A DNA stretch of 64,000 nt from an uncultured Candidatus Saccharibacteria bacterium. GTDB lineage: Bacteria; Patescibacteriota; Minisyncoccia; Phycocordibacterales; UBA2100. Below the pieces are notes generated by a model. The model had not been told where the DNA came from and did not search any database. It saw nothing but the letters and a program-made list of their open reading frames with translations. Positions 1-8,209 of this stretch are shown in pieces. Positions within the stretch are counted from its first letter, which is position 1, and each line of letters begins with the position of its first letter. The position numbers and the translations under genes were made by a program. Location of the stretch: assembly GCA_964594735.1 (NCBI GenBank), contig CAZQMS010000005.1, positions 19,150 to 83,149 on the forward strand. The letters are read 5' to 3'.

Positions 1-32
1 CCGAATGGTTCTGGGGACTTGGCATCGTCGCA

Positions 33-404
33 GTGTGTGTCGCGGTGACGAGTATCCTCTTTGGGGATTTCCTTTTTGCGCTTGTCATACTCATGGCAGC
101 GGTCACGCTCGCGCTTCTCGCGAGGAGGCCGCCGCACCTTTCAGAATTTGAGATATCAGAAAAAGGTATTCGCATCGACGACGTCCTGCACCGCTACGAA
201 ACCATTCTCGCCTTCTGGGTCACCGACGAGCACGAGGGTGCAGAGCTCCTCATCGATACGACAAAGTGGCTCTCTCCGAACCTCGTTATTCCGATAGAGG
301 GCGTCGACGCGGCTGCTGTCCGCGCGTACCTCAAGGAACGCGTCGAGGAGCGCGTGATGAAAGAGTCGCCTGCGCACCGCATTCTTGAATTTTTCGGGCT
401 CTAA
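33..404 (+). CDS. hypothetical protein (hydrophobic N-terminus; may be clipped by the window edge)
   Basis: ORF from the track; no recognisable motif; the 3' end overlaps the stop of the convergent gene by 4 nt. Confidence 0.3.
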   Translation: MCVAVTSILFGDFLFALVILMAAVTLALLARRPPHLSEFEISEKGIRIDDVLHRYETILAFWVTDEHEGAELLIDTTKWLSPNLVIPIEGVDAAAVRAYLKERVEERVMKESPAHRILEFFGL

Positions 405-2881
405 TTCGAAATCTTGAACGCGGTCGCGGTGAGCGCGTCGTCTACGTATCCACCTGTGGGCGTCCAGAGCGATGCCTGAATTCGGTACGATTTACCGACA
501 ATGAGGTCTTGGTGACAGACGTCCGAAGAGTTTGGATTACAGCTGCCAGCGGATGTCGGCAACACCCAGGTGAAAGATCCCTCCGTATCCAACTCATCCT
601 CGATAAGCGCGGTGAAGTGTCCGCTCGCGACATCGACGAGCCAGAGTTCGACGACAGAACCACTCGGCACAGTGCCCGCGTCCCACGAGACAGTGGCGGT
701 GTCGCCGTGCTTCACATTGGTCTTACCGTCGATAGACGAAGAGACGGTCATCGCTGACGTCGAGGTCCCGTTGCCGACAATGATTTCTATGGCGGTTTCC
801 TTTTCCGCGCCACCTATCGTCTCGCATGTGAGCAGCACGGTCGTATCCCGACTTATCGGCGATGTCGTTGCGGTACCATTGATGCTCGTATTATTTTCAT
901 TCGCGAGACTAAAGCCTGGCATCTGCGGACTCCAGACCTGACAGGATTTCATTCCGCTTGTCACCCATCCAATGCGCGATGATTCACCCGCTTGCACGGT
1001 GCGCGGATTCGCGATGAGGACAATGGTCGGCCTCGCAATCTGCACCGAGCACTCAGCGCGCGCCGTGAGATTCTCGTTGCGGCATGTGAGGGCAAAGTTT
1101 ACTGCGCTTGCGCTTTCGGGTGCCTCCGTCACCGCCACGGTGGAAGTGCCGGAGGTCTTGTTGTCGGTCGAGAAACCGGGCCCCGCCCCCGTGCTACCCG
1201 TGGCACCCCCACACGAATACGATATGGCGACCGACATCCCGACGTCTATAACTTTCGGTTGGCACGACATCTGCGCACTCGGTGGCGTTGCGTTGCTCGG
1301 TACGCACTGCCAATTCGATGTGCACTGCCTGCCGTTTTGCGCCTGTGTCGTCACCGGACGCCACGAACCATTGCATCCGCTGGTCGGTTGTGGCGGCGCT
1401 GCTGGGCACGTGTTTTGATTCTGATTCGGCGTACATGGCGTCGGCGGCACGGGTGCTGGCGGCGGCGTGATGCCAAATGCGGCGGCTCGTTGCCGATCAT
1501 AATTGTGCTGCTGGAGCTGGTAGTTGTACTGCTGGAGTTGTATCTGGTACTGCTGCTGTTGCTGCTGGTACGCATTCGGGTCCGACGCGCACTGCTGCGC
1601 AGGCGCCGCTGCCGCACCGGTAAGACCCTTCATGAGCCCCTGCAAGAAATTGCCGAGTGCACCCATTGCATTACCCCCTCCACTTGGTGATTGTGCTCCA
1701 GGATTTCCTGAAGAACTTCCGTCATTCTGTTTGCAGTTCTTCAATACCTCACATCCGGGTTGCCGGGTGAACGTATCCTGCTGACGACTGCATGTGGCAC
1801 CTCCGTCAACGGGTGTGCAAGCGAATCCGCTACGCTGGAGGGCTTCTCGCTCAGTTTGATTTTGCGCAGCTGCAGTACACACTCCATTTACACAGCGGAC
1901 GTCTATATTGTCTATATTGTCCGCTGATGTCGGCAGTATGCCACTAGCCTGCGACTCTCGAAGTTCATTGAGTTGCTGTGACAGTTCTTGCTGACGCGTT
2001 TCATTTGCGGCGATTGTGCGCTTAAGCTCATCTGCTTCCGTACATGCGGGAGAACCCGACTCGAAACACTGGCTCGTCAATTGATCTACCCGTGCATTGA
2101 TGCGTTCCGTGTCATTGCCCAAATTGTCGAGGTCCTTGCGAATCCTTTGCTCTTCCGCACGATACGCGTCGTTCAGAGTACCTCCACCCGTTACACCCCC
2201 TTGCGTCTGTGCTCCAGGGACCACGTCCGCGCCGGGCAGTGCTGAACCGCTCTGCGACGCAAATGCGGGTGCTTGCGCAGATAATACTTGACCATTCTCA
2301 AACACCTTCGGTTCGGTACATTTCGGGTCTGGTCGCGCACCCTCAACAAGCGGCTGCTCATTACATATGGTGATTTTGCACTTGCCCGGCGTTGGCACGT
2401 CTACGCTCGCGGTTGTTGTCATCCGCACGGATCCGTCGAGATTGATGGTGGCCGTACCTGCTCTCCCTGTGCACATGAAGTCATTCTCTGTCTTCGGTGT
2501 CTTGCCTACTGACTCCGGTTTGGCCACCGCGCCGAAACAGCTGTCCACGACACCACTTTTTGCAGCCTCGCCACCTCGGGCGGTAGAAACAACTTCGCCA
2601 GGTTCTCCGTTATTTTTTACCGCCTGTGATATCGCCTCCGAACAACTCTTAGGTGCGGCATCATTTAAATAGGTGGTCGCTTCAGTACTTGCCAATTGCG
2701 AGCGCACCGACGCAACAGGTCCGCCTGGTACCACGTATTTCGCGAGTACCATCGCGGAGCTAAGTACCGCCACGAATACAAGAGCGGCCAAGATTGAATA
2801 GCCCGCCTGACTGCACAGCCGAGGCAGGCCGCGACTGGTGAAGCGCCTTGTCATATCGCAATCATGCGCCCCAGGAGGCAT
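401..2881 (-). CDS. large secreted or surface protein, Cys-rich with poly-Gln/Tyr and Pro-rich low-complexity segments
   Basis: 826 aa. N-terminal hydrophobic anchor (ILAALVFVAVLSSAMVLA), many Cys, a QQQQQQYQIQLQQYNYQLQQ tract and a PPAPVPPTP segment. Alternative start at M10 (2854). Confidence 0.55.
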   Translation of the reverse strand: MPPGAHDCDMTRRFTSRGLPRLCSQAGYSILAALVFVAVLSSAMVLAKYVVPGGPVASVRSQLASTEATTYLNDAAPKSCSEAISQAVKNNGEPGEVVSTARGGEAAKSGVVDSCFGAVAKPESVGKTPKTENDFMCTGRAGTATINLDGSVRMTTTASVDVPTPGKCKITICNEQPLVEGARPDPKCTEPKVFENGQVLSAQAPAFASQSGSALPGADVVPGAQTQGGVTGGGTLNDAYRAEEQRIRKDLDNLGNDTERINARVDQLTSQCFESGSPACTEADELKRTIAANETRQQELSQQLNELRESQASGILPTSADNIDNIDVRCVNGVCTAAAQNQTEREALQRSGFACTPVDGGATCSRQQDTFTRQPGCEVLKNCKQNDGSSSGNPGAQSPSGGGNAMGALGNFLQGLMKGLTGAAAAPAQQCASDPNAYQQQQQQYQIQLQQYNYQLQQHNYDRQRAAAFGITPPPAPVPPTPCTPNQNQNTCPAAPPQPTSGCNGSWRPVTTQAQNGRQCTSNWQCVPSNATPPSAQMSCQPKVIDVGMSVAISYSCGGATGSTGAGPGFSTDNKTSGTSTVAVTEAPESASAVNFALTCRNENLTARAECSVQIARPTIVLIANPRTVQAGESSRIGWVTSGMKSCQVWSPQMPGFSLANENNTSINGTATTSPISRDTTVLLTCETIGGAEKETAIEIIVGNGTSTSAMTVSSSIDGKTNVKHGDTATVSWDAGTVPSGSVVELWLVDVASGHFTALIEDELDTEGSFTWVLPTSAGSCNPNSSDVCHQDLIVGKSYRIQASLWTPTGGYVDDALTATAFKISN

Positions 2882-2953
2882 AACAGCAATGAGAACATGG
2901 CAGAAAGATGTGGAAAAAGCGCGAAATAGTGGTACATTTCCTCTGTTCTAGAC

Positions 2954-3025
2954 GCTCTCGTCGTTCAATGGATAGGACGCATCCTTGCGGAGGATGTAAT
3001 GTAGGTTCGATTCCTACCGAGAGCA
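2954..3025 (+). tRNA. tRNA-Arg, anticodon GCG (unusual; A34 would normally be expected)
   Basis: Hand-folded cloverleaf: acceptor GCTCTCG/CGAGAGC (7/7), D-stem GTTC/GGAC with loop AATGGATA (A20 present), anticodon stem CATCC/GGATG with loop TTGCGGA, T-arm GTAGG-TTCGATT-CCTAC, discriminator A. Followed directly by a terminator. Confidence 0.7.
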
Positions 3026-3035
3026 CACGTCAAAA

Positions 3036-3068
3036 AGAAACAGCCCCGTTCGGGGCCGTTTCTTTTTG
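3036..3068. terminator. bidirectional rho-independent terminator shared by the tRNA-Arg (+) and rpsT (-)
   Basis: GAAACAGCCCCG-TT-CGGGGCCGTTTC hairpin flanked by AAAAAG on the 5' side and TTTTT on the 3' side. Confidence 0.8.
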
Positions 3069-3074
3069 AGGGGT

Positions 3075-3341
3075 TTATTTCGTGAGGGCACCCACTCGCT
3101 TCGAAACGCGAGATTTCATCCGCGCTGCGGTGTTGGGTTTGATGGTTCCGTTTTTGGCGGCCTTATCTATCGCCTGGTAGAGGTCGGGCAGCGCCTTTGC
3201 TGCCTCGGCTCCGTTTTTGGCGGCGACCATTTTCTCCACCTGCTTGAGGGTGTCTTTCATCGCCTTTTTGAGGCGCGCATTGAAAACGCGGCGCTTCTCC
3301 GCCACGCGCTGTGCCTTTTTAGCTGAGCTCGTATTTGCCAT
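3075..3341 (-). CDS. rpsT: 30S ribosomal protein S20
   Basis: MANTSSAKKAQRV...ARLKKAMK... gives the typical S20 N-terminus and length (88 aa). Confidence 0.9.
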   Translation of the reverse strand: MANTSSAKKAQRVAEKRRVFNARLKKAMKDTLKQVEKMVAAKNGAEAAKALPDLYQAIDKAAKNGTIKPNTAARMKSRVSKRVGALTK

Positions 3342-3405
3342 GTCACGAGATACTACGATACTTCCCCGCTCTTAGCAAGATTCGGCCAGTGCTATGATTG
3401 AAGCC

Positions 3406-3972
3406 ATGATTGGCTACATCCGCGGTACCGTGCACGCCGTCCGTCCTGCCTTTCTCATCGTGGATGCCCAGGGTGTCGGGTACAAGGTCTTCACGCTCAA
3501 GGAGACGCTCGCCCGGGCCAAGGAGGGCACCTGGGGTTTCTGGACACACCTGGCTGTCCGCGAAGACGCGCTCGATCTCTATGGCTTCACCGACGAGGAG
3601 GAGCTCCGCTTCTTCGAGCTACTTCTCACGGTCTCCGGTATCGGCCCTCGCTCGGCGCTCGGAATACTCGACATCGCGTCCGTCGAGACGCTCAAATCAG
3701 CCATAGGTGCTGGCAACGCCGGGTACCTCACCAATGTCTCGGGTATCGGCAAGAAGACGGCAGAAAAAATCGTGCTCGAACTCAAAGACAAAGTAAAAGG
3801 CGGCGAGTTCTCCTCGGCAGGCGCGCTCAAGGGCGACGAAGAAGCACTCGAAGCGATGCGCAGCCTCGGATACAGCGCCGCAGAGGCGCGCGATGTGCTG
3901 CGCAAAGTCCCGCCCGAAGTCGAAAGTGGAAGCGCCCGATTGCGTGAGGCACTCAAGCTGCTCGGGCGGTAA
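3406..3972 (+). CDS. ruvA: Holliday junction DNA helicase RuvA
   Basis: MIGYIRGTV...GVGYKVF...SGIGPRSALGIL match the RuvA family. The track start is 3394, but the second ATG at 3406 gives the canonical MIG-R/Y N-terminus and leaves TATGAT 7 nt upstream. Confidence 0.9.
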   Translation: MIGYIRGTVHAVRPAFLIVDAQGVGYKVFTLKETLARAKEGTWGFWTHLAVREDALDLYGFTDEEELRFFELLLTVSGIGPRSALGILDIASVETLKSAIGAGNAGYLTNVSGIGKKTAEKIVLELKDKVKGGEFSSAGALKGDEEALEAMRSLGYSAAEARDVLRKVPPEVESGSARLREALKLLGR

Positions 3973-3976
3973 TCCT

Positions 3977-5218
3977 ATGCTGAGAAAATTTATTCCTGAG
4001 TCGTTGCGCTCCACATACCATCTCGCACTCGCACTTCTGGGCGCAGCGCTCTACGGATTCCCCTCTCGTCGCATCCGCGTCATCGGCGTGACAGGTACCA
4101 AAGGCAAGACGAGTACAAGCGAGATGATATCCGCCATCTTCGAGGCGGCGGGTGAAAAGACCGCGCTCATCAATTCTATCCGCATCAAAGTCGACCAAAG
4201 AAAAGAGCGCAATACTGGCGGCAGGTCGATGCCTGGCCGCGCCCAGCTCCAGCGCTTTCTGCGCGCCGCGGTACGCGCGGGATGCACGGTCGCCATTATC
4301 GAAATGACATCTGAAGGTGCGCGGCAACACCGTCACCGCGGTATCGAACTCGACGGTCTCGCTTTTCTCAACCTTGCGCCTGAACACATCGAATCGCACG
4401 GCTCGTACGAAGCCTACTCCGACGCGAAATTCGAACTTGGGAAAGCTCTCGCCGCATCGCCGAAAAACCCGCGCGTCGTCATCGCCAATGCCGACGACAA
4501 AGAGTCCGCGCGCTACCTCGCGCTCCCCGTCGAGACGCGAATCGCTTTTTCTCTGACCAAACATGAACCGTGGCACGCGTCCGCTTCGATGGGCACGTTC
4601 ACCTACGAAGGGCGCACCATATCCGTGCCACTCCCGGGAGAATTCTCACTCAAGAATGCGCTGGCAGCCGCGGAGATGTGCTACGCATTCGGCGCAAGCC
4701 TCGATGCGATAGAGCGTGGCCTCGCTGCACTGACACGCATACCGGGACGTGCGGAAAAGATTGATGAGGGCCAGAACTTCGCTGTCGTCGTCGACTACGC
4801 GCATACGCCGGATTCGCTCAAAGCACTGTACGATGCATTTTCCGCGCAGCGCCGCATCTGTGTCGTGAGCGCCACGGGCGGTGGACGCGACACCTGGAAG
4901 CGCCCTGTCATGGGAAAAATTGCGGATGAGATGTGCGACGAGGTCATCGTGACTGATGAAGACCCGTACGATGAGAGCCCGGTCTCGATTATGGAAAGTG
5001 TCGCGCGCGGCATGGAGCGCAAGCCTCGCATCATTCCCGACCGCCGCGAAGCAATCGCGGCAGCTCTTAGTCTCGCAAAATCGGGCGATGCTGTACTCCT
5101 CACGGGCAAAGGGACTGACCAGTACATTCATCGTGCACACGGGTATGCGGAGCCATGGGACGACGCGCGCATCGCGCGAGAAGAATTGAAAAAATTGCTC
5201 GCTGCAAGACGGGTATAA
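3977..5218 (+). CDS. murE: Mur ligase family protein, MurE-like UDP-N-acetylmuramoyl-tripeptide synthetase
   Basis: GVTGTKGKTST P-loop and a DYAHTPD-type motif of Mur ligases. The start is trimmed to the first ATG after the ruvA stop. Confidence 0.75.
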   Translation: MLRKFIPESLRSTYHLALALLGAALYGFPSRRIRVIGVTGTKGKTSTSEMISAIFEAAGEKTALINSIRIKVDQRKERNTGGRSMPGRAQLQRFLRAAVRAGCTVAIIEMTSEGARQHRHRGIELDGLAFLNLAPEHIESHGSYEAYSDAKFELGKALAASPKNPRVVIANADDKESARYLALPVETRIAFSLTKHEPWHASASMGTFTYEGRTISVPLPGEFSLKNALAAAEMCYAFGASLDAIERGLAALTRIPGRAEKIDEGQNFAVVVDYAHTPDSLKALYDAFSAQRRICVVSATGGGRDTWKRPVMGKIADEMCDEVIVTDEDPYDESPVSIMESVARGMERKPRIIPDRREAIAAALSLAKSGDAVLLTGKGTDQYIHRAHGYAEPWDDARIAREELKKLLAARRV

Positions 5219-5300
5219 TCCCATGAGATAGACATACCGATGCGCGCACGCGCTCGAACATTTCGAATAAACGAAGTGCGTTGATACGAACGGTGCAAAT

Positions 5301-5316
5301 ATCTCACGGGGTATAA
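5301..5316 (+). promoter_or_regulatory. conserved motif ATCTCACGGGGTATAA (TATAAT 7 nt before the ATG)
   Basis: One of about 7 copies of a 16-nt motif in this window; probable -10 region of a leaderless transcript. Confidence 0.45.
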
Positions 5317-5323
5317 TAATCGA

Positions 5324-6301
5324 ATGCTCCGTACCGTCCTCAAGTATGTCCTTATCGGGATGGTGCTCCTCGTGATTATCGGGTGGCTCTGGAGCGGCGG
5401 GTGGCGCGGTGTCACGAGCTTCGTGCGCACCATACCCAACCCCCTCGACATTCTCTTCGGCACGAGCACGTCTACATACGAGGTGCGACTCCCGTGGGCC
5501 ATCGGAGTACCGCAGGGCCCAGACATCGAATTGTATTTGAACGAGGGCGCTGCGAGCTACGATGCAGGGACCCCGGAGGAGCAGCTCGCCGAGCTCGAGA
5601 GCGCGTACAAGACTCTACAAGAAGAAGTCGCGAAGCAAGCGCGCTCACCGCACGCGGGCAAAGTGAAACTCTATCGCGCAAGCGCGACCGAATCTTCGGC
5701 GAGCGACGAACATGTCGTACTCGAAGCACACAGTGGTGTATCACTTCAGGGCTGGTCGCTCGCGAGCATGGTAAGCGGCGTCCGCGTGATGCTCCCGTAT
5801 GCCACACCGCTCTATCGGCAAAATAGCGTCAACACCGCATACCCCGTCGTCATGGAGCCTGGCACGACAGCGATTGTCGCGACGGGCTTCTCTCCGGCAG
5901 GTGTGTCATTGCGTGAGAATCGTTGCATGGGCTACCTCTCCTCGTCGCTCAACTTCAGTCCGCGCATTGAGCACTCCTGCCCATCGCCGTCGGATGGCAT
6001 GGCTCTCACCGACCAAAACCTACAGCGCTACGGCGGCGAGTGCATCGACTACGTGCGCACCATGCCACAGTGCACGACTCCATCGACAATTCCAGCATCA
6101 CTCTCCGCAGCGTGTCGCATCTACGTCGCAAATACGTTTACTTACAACGGCTGCATCGACGCGCACCGCGCACAGAGCGGCTTTGAATCGGACACGTGGC
6201 GACTGTACATCGGCTCAGCTGGTGAGATATGGCGCAATGAGCACGACGCAATACGTCTTCTCGATGAGCGCGGACTCACTGTCGACGCTATTATCTACTG
6301 A
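5324..6301 (+). CDS. membrane-anchored protein with a lamin-tail-domain-like segment
   Basis: N-terminal TM (VLIGMVLLVIIGWLW); EHVVLEAHSGVSLQGWSL...VVMEPGTTAIV resembles PF00932 LTD. Confidence 0.45.
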   Translation: MLRTVLKYVLIGMVLLVIIGWLWSGGWRGVTSFVRTIPNPLDILFGTSTSTYEVRLPWAIGVPQGPDIELYLNEGAASYDAGTPEEQLAELESAYKTLQEEVAKQARSPHAGKVKLYRASATESSASDEHVVLEAHSGVSLQGWSLASMVSGVRVMLPYATPLYRQNSVNTAYPVVMEPGTTAIVATGFSPAGVSLRENRCMGYLSSSLNFSPRIEHSCPSPSDGMALTDQNLQRYGGECIDYVRTMPQCTTPSTIPASLSAACRIYVANTFTYNGCIDAHRAQSGFESDTWRLYIGSAGEIWRNEHDAIRLLDERGLTVDAIIY

Positions 6302-6789
6302 TTACTTAGCGCGAAGAGTGCCACGCCCGCAGCGACAGAGACGTTGAGAGATTCTTTTGTGCCGCGCATTGGTATTTCGATAATGTCATCGCACGCGCCA
6401 CGCAGGCTAGAAGACATGCCACGGACTTCGTTGCCGAGCACGAGCAACGTCTTTTCAGGTGCGCGGAAAGTGCGGTAGTCGACGGCGCGCTCGTCTTGTT
6501 CGAGCCCCACAATACCCCACCCCTCCTTCTTCAATCGACGCAGCACGCTTCCTGGCGTTTTCGAATACTCCCATCGGAGCGCCCCCTCGGCGCCGAGCGC
6601 CGTTTTAGCGATGTCTTTTTGCGGTCGGCCGAACCGGTCGAGCGGAGTGGGTGTGTAGCCCGAGAGGTAAACAGCCGAAGCGCCCGCCGCATCTGCGGTG
6701 CGAAATATGGAGCCGACGTTGTGCGCACTGCGTATGTTGTGCAAAAGGACGGCAATCTCATTCATAGCCATACCATATACCAGATACAA
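6295..6789 (-). CDS. SpoU/TrmH-family RNA 2'-O-methyltransferase
   Basis: LLHNIRSAHNVGSIFRTADAAG...LVLGNEVRG...NVSVAAGVALF are SpoU motifs. The track start is TTG; the likely true start is the ATG at M7 or M9. Confidence 0.8.
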   Translation of the reverse strand: MYLVYGMAMNEIAVLLHNIRSAHNVGSIFRTADAAGASAVYLSGYTPTPLDRFGRPQKDIAKTALGAEGALRWEYSKTPGSVLRRLKKEGWGIVGLEQDERAVDYRTFRAPEKTLLVLGNEVRGMSSSLRGACDDIIEIPMRGTKESLNVSVAAGVALFALSNQ

Positions 6790-6809
6790 AATACGATATA
6801 CTACCAGTC

Positions 6810-7154
6810 ATGCTTTCCCTCTTCCCCGACCTCCTCTTCCTCGCACCGTTTTCCGCACTCGCTCTGCGCGTTGCCCTCGCGGCACTTCTCGCGCTCACCG
6901 CCTGGAGACATGTCTCAGAGCCTCAGAACCTCGCGCGAGCGTGGGCGATTCTGGAGATCGCGGCGGCTGTTGCCATCTTCGTCGGCGCCTGGACGCAGGC
7001 AGCCGCGCTCGCGGCAGCGGTGTGGCTCTTCGCAAGCCTCTTTGTGAAAGAGATGCGCGCGTTCCCCAAGAGCACGGCCGTGCTCGCCATCATCATCGCG
7101 CTCTCACTCGTCGTCACAGGTCCTGGTCCGTTTTCTTTCGATTTACCACTCTAA
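6810..7154 (+). CDS. small DoxX-like membrane protein
   Basis: 114 aa with 3-4 hydrophobic helices; TATACT lies 7 nt upstream of the ATG. Confidence 0.45.
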   Translation: MLSLFPDLLFLAPFSALALRVALAALLALTAWRHVSEPQNLARAWAILEIAAAVAIFVGAWTQAAALAAAVWLFASLFVKEMRAFPKSTAVLAIIIALSLVVTGPGPFSFDLPL

Positions 7155-7194
7155 GTCTCGCGTTTCCAAGACTGAGTGTTATATTTCCGTCTAA

Positions 7195-7267
7195 CCGCCC
7201 GTAGCTCAGTCGGTAGAGCACCTGCCTTTTAAGCAGAGGGTCGTTGGTTCGATTCCAACCGGGCGGA
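7195..7267 (+). tRNA. tRNA-Lys (anticodon UUU)
   Basis: Cloverleaf: CCGCCCG acceptor, GCTC-AGTCGGTA-GAGC D-arm, anticodon loop CTTTTAA, T-arm GTTGG-TTCGATT-CCAAC; closely similar to E. coli tRNA-Lys. Confidence 0.9.
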
Positions 7268-7292
7268 CACGAGCAAAGCGAGAGCCGCCCGA

Positions 7293-7312
7293 GCAATGTG
7301 CCTGCGCACATT
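7293..7312 (+). terminator. hairpin CAATGTGC-CTGC-GCACATTG downstream of tRNA-Lys
   Basis: Perfect 8-bp stem; weak U-tract (CGTGTT). Confidence 0.35.
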
Positions 7313-7328
7313 GCGTGTTGGAATCGAA

Positions 7329-7399
7329 CGGCGGAGCGATGCCGAGCCAGTAGACGAGGCCGCGAGCCGGTGCCCAGCCCGAGTCGAGCGACGGCGAGG
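7329..7399. repeat. copy 1 of a dispersed ~70-nt intergenic repeat (second copy at 43026-43098)
   Basis: CGGCGGAGCGATGCCGAGCCAGTAGACGAGGCCGCGAGCCGGTGCCCAG...GCGACGGCGAGG is about 85% identical to the copy at 43 kb. Confidence 0.5.
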
Positions 7400-7435
7400 T
7401 GAGAGGCGCGGGCGATTCCTATATACTTAACAATT

Positions 7436-8200
7436 ATGGACATTCTCCAGGCAATACTACTCGGCATCATCGAAGGCCTCACGGAGTTCTTGCCCGTCTC
7501 TTCGACCGGTCACCTCATTCTCGCCACGGAACTCCTCGGCATCCCGCAGACTGACGTGGTCAAGAGTTTCAATATCGCCATCCAGCTCGGGGCGATTTGC
7601 GCCGTTGTCGCGCTCTATTTCAAATCATTCTTTGATATCGAACTTCTCAAGAAACTCTTCATCGGCTTTCTCCCCACGGGCATCTTGGGCTTTCTCCTCT
7701 ACCCTTTTATCAAGGGTTACTTGCTGGGCAACCCCATGATTGTGGTGGCCGCGCTCTTCGTCGGCGGCATCGCACTTCTCGTATTTGAATATTTTTACCG
7801 ATCCTCAGAAGTGCAATCGGGTATTTCAGACATCACGTACGGTCAAGCTGTGGTCGTCGGTCTTTTCCAATCTGTCGCGATGATTCCCGGCGTATCGCGC
7901 TCCGCGGCGACGATTGTCGGCGGCCTGCTCGCAGGGATTCCACGTGGAACAATCGTCGAATTCTCCTTTCTCCTCGCAGTACCTACCATGCTCGCCGCAA
8001 CTGGCTACGACATTATGAAAAGTGCCAATCTCTTTTCAGCATCAGATGCAGTGGTACTTTTCGTCGGCTTCATCGTCTCGTTTGCTGTTGCGCTCCTCTC
8101 GATGCACGCACTCATCAGCTTTGTGCGCTCGCACACATTTGTACCATTCGGCATCTACCGCATAGTCCTCGCCGCGGTATTTTTCCTCGTTGTACTCTAA
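7436..8200 (+). CDS. uppP: undecaprenyl-diphosphatase
   Basis: MDILQAILLGIIEGLTEFLPVSSTGHL is the canonical UppP/BacA N-terminus; TATACT lies 8 nt upstream. Confidence 0.9.
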   Translation: MDILQAILLGIIEGLTEFLPVSSTGHLILATELLGIPQTDVVKSFNIAIQLGAICAVVALYFKSFFDIELLKKLFIGFLPTGILGFLLYPFIKGYLLGNPMIVVAALFVGGIALLVFEYFYRSSEVQSGISDITYGQAVVVGLFQSVAMIPGVSRSAATIVGGLLAGIPRGTIVEFSFLLAVPTMLAATGYDIMKSANLFSASDAVVLFVGFIVSFAVALLSMHALISFVRSHTFVPFGIYRIVLAAVFFLVVL

Positions 8201-8209
8201 AACTCTCGA

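Noticed and set aside
7114-7482. 122-aa minus-strand ORF
   Set aside because: It lies antisense across tRNA-Lys and the uppP promoter region, and is Arg-rich. This is a typical high-GC antisense artefact.
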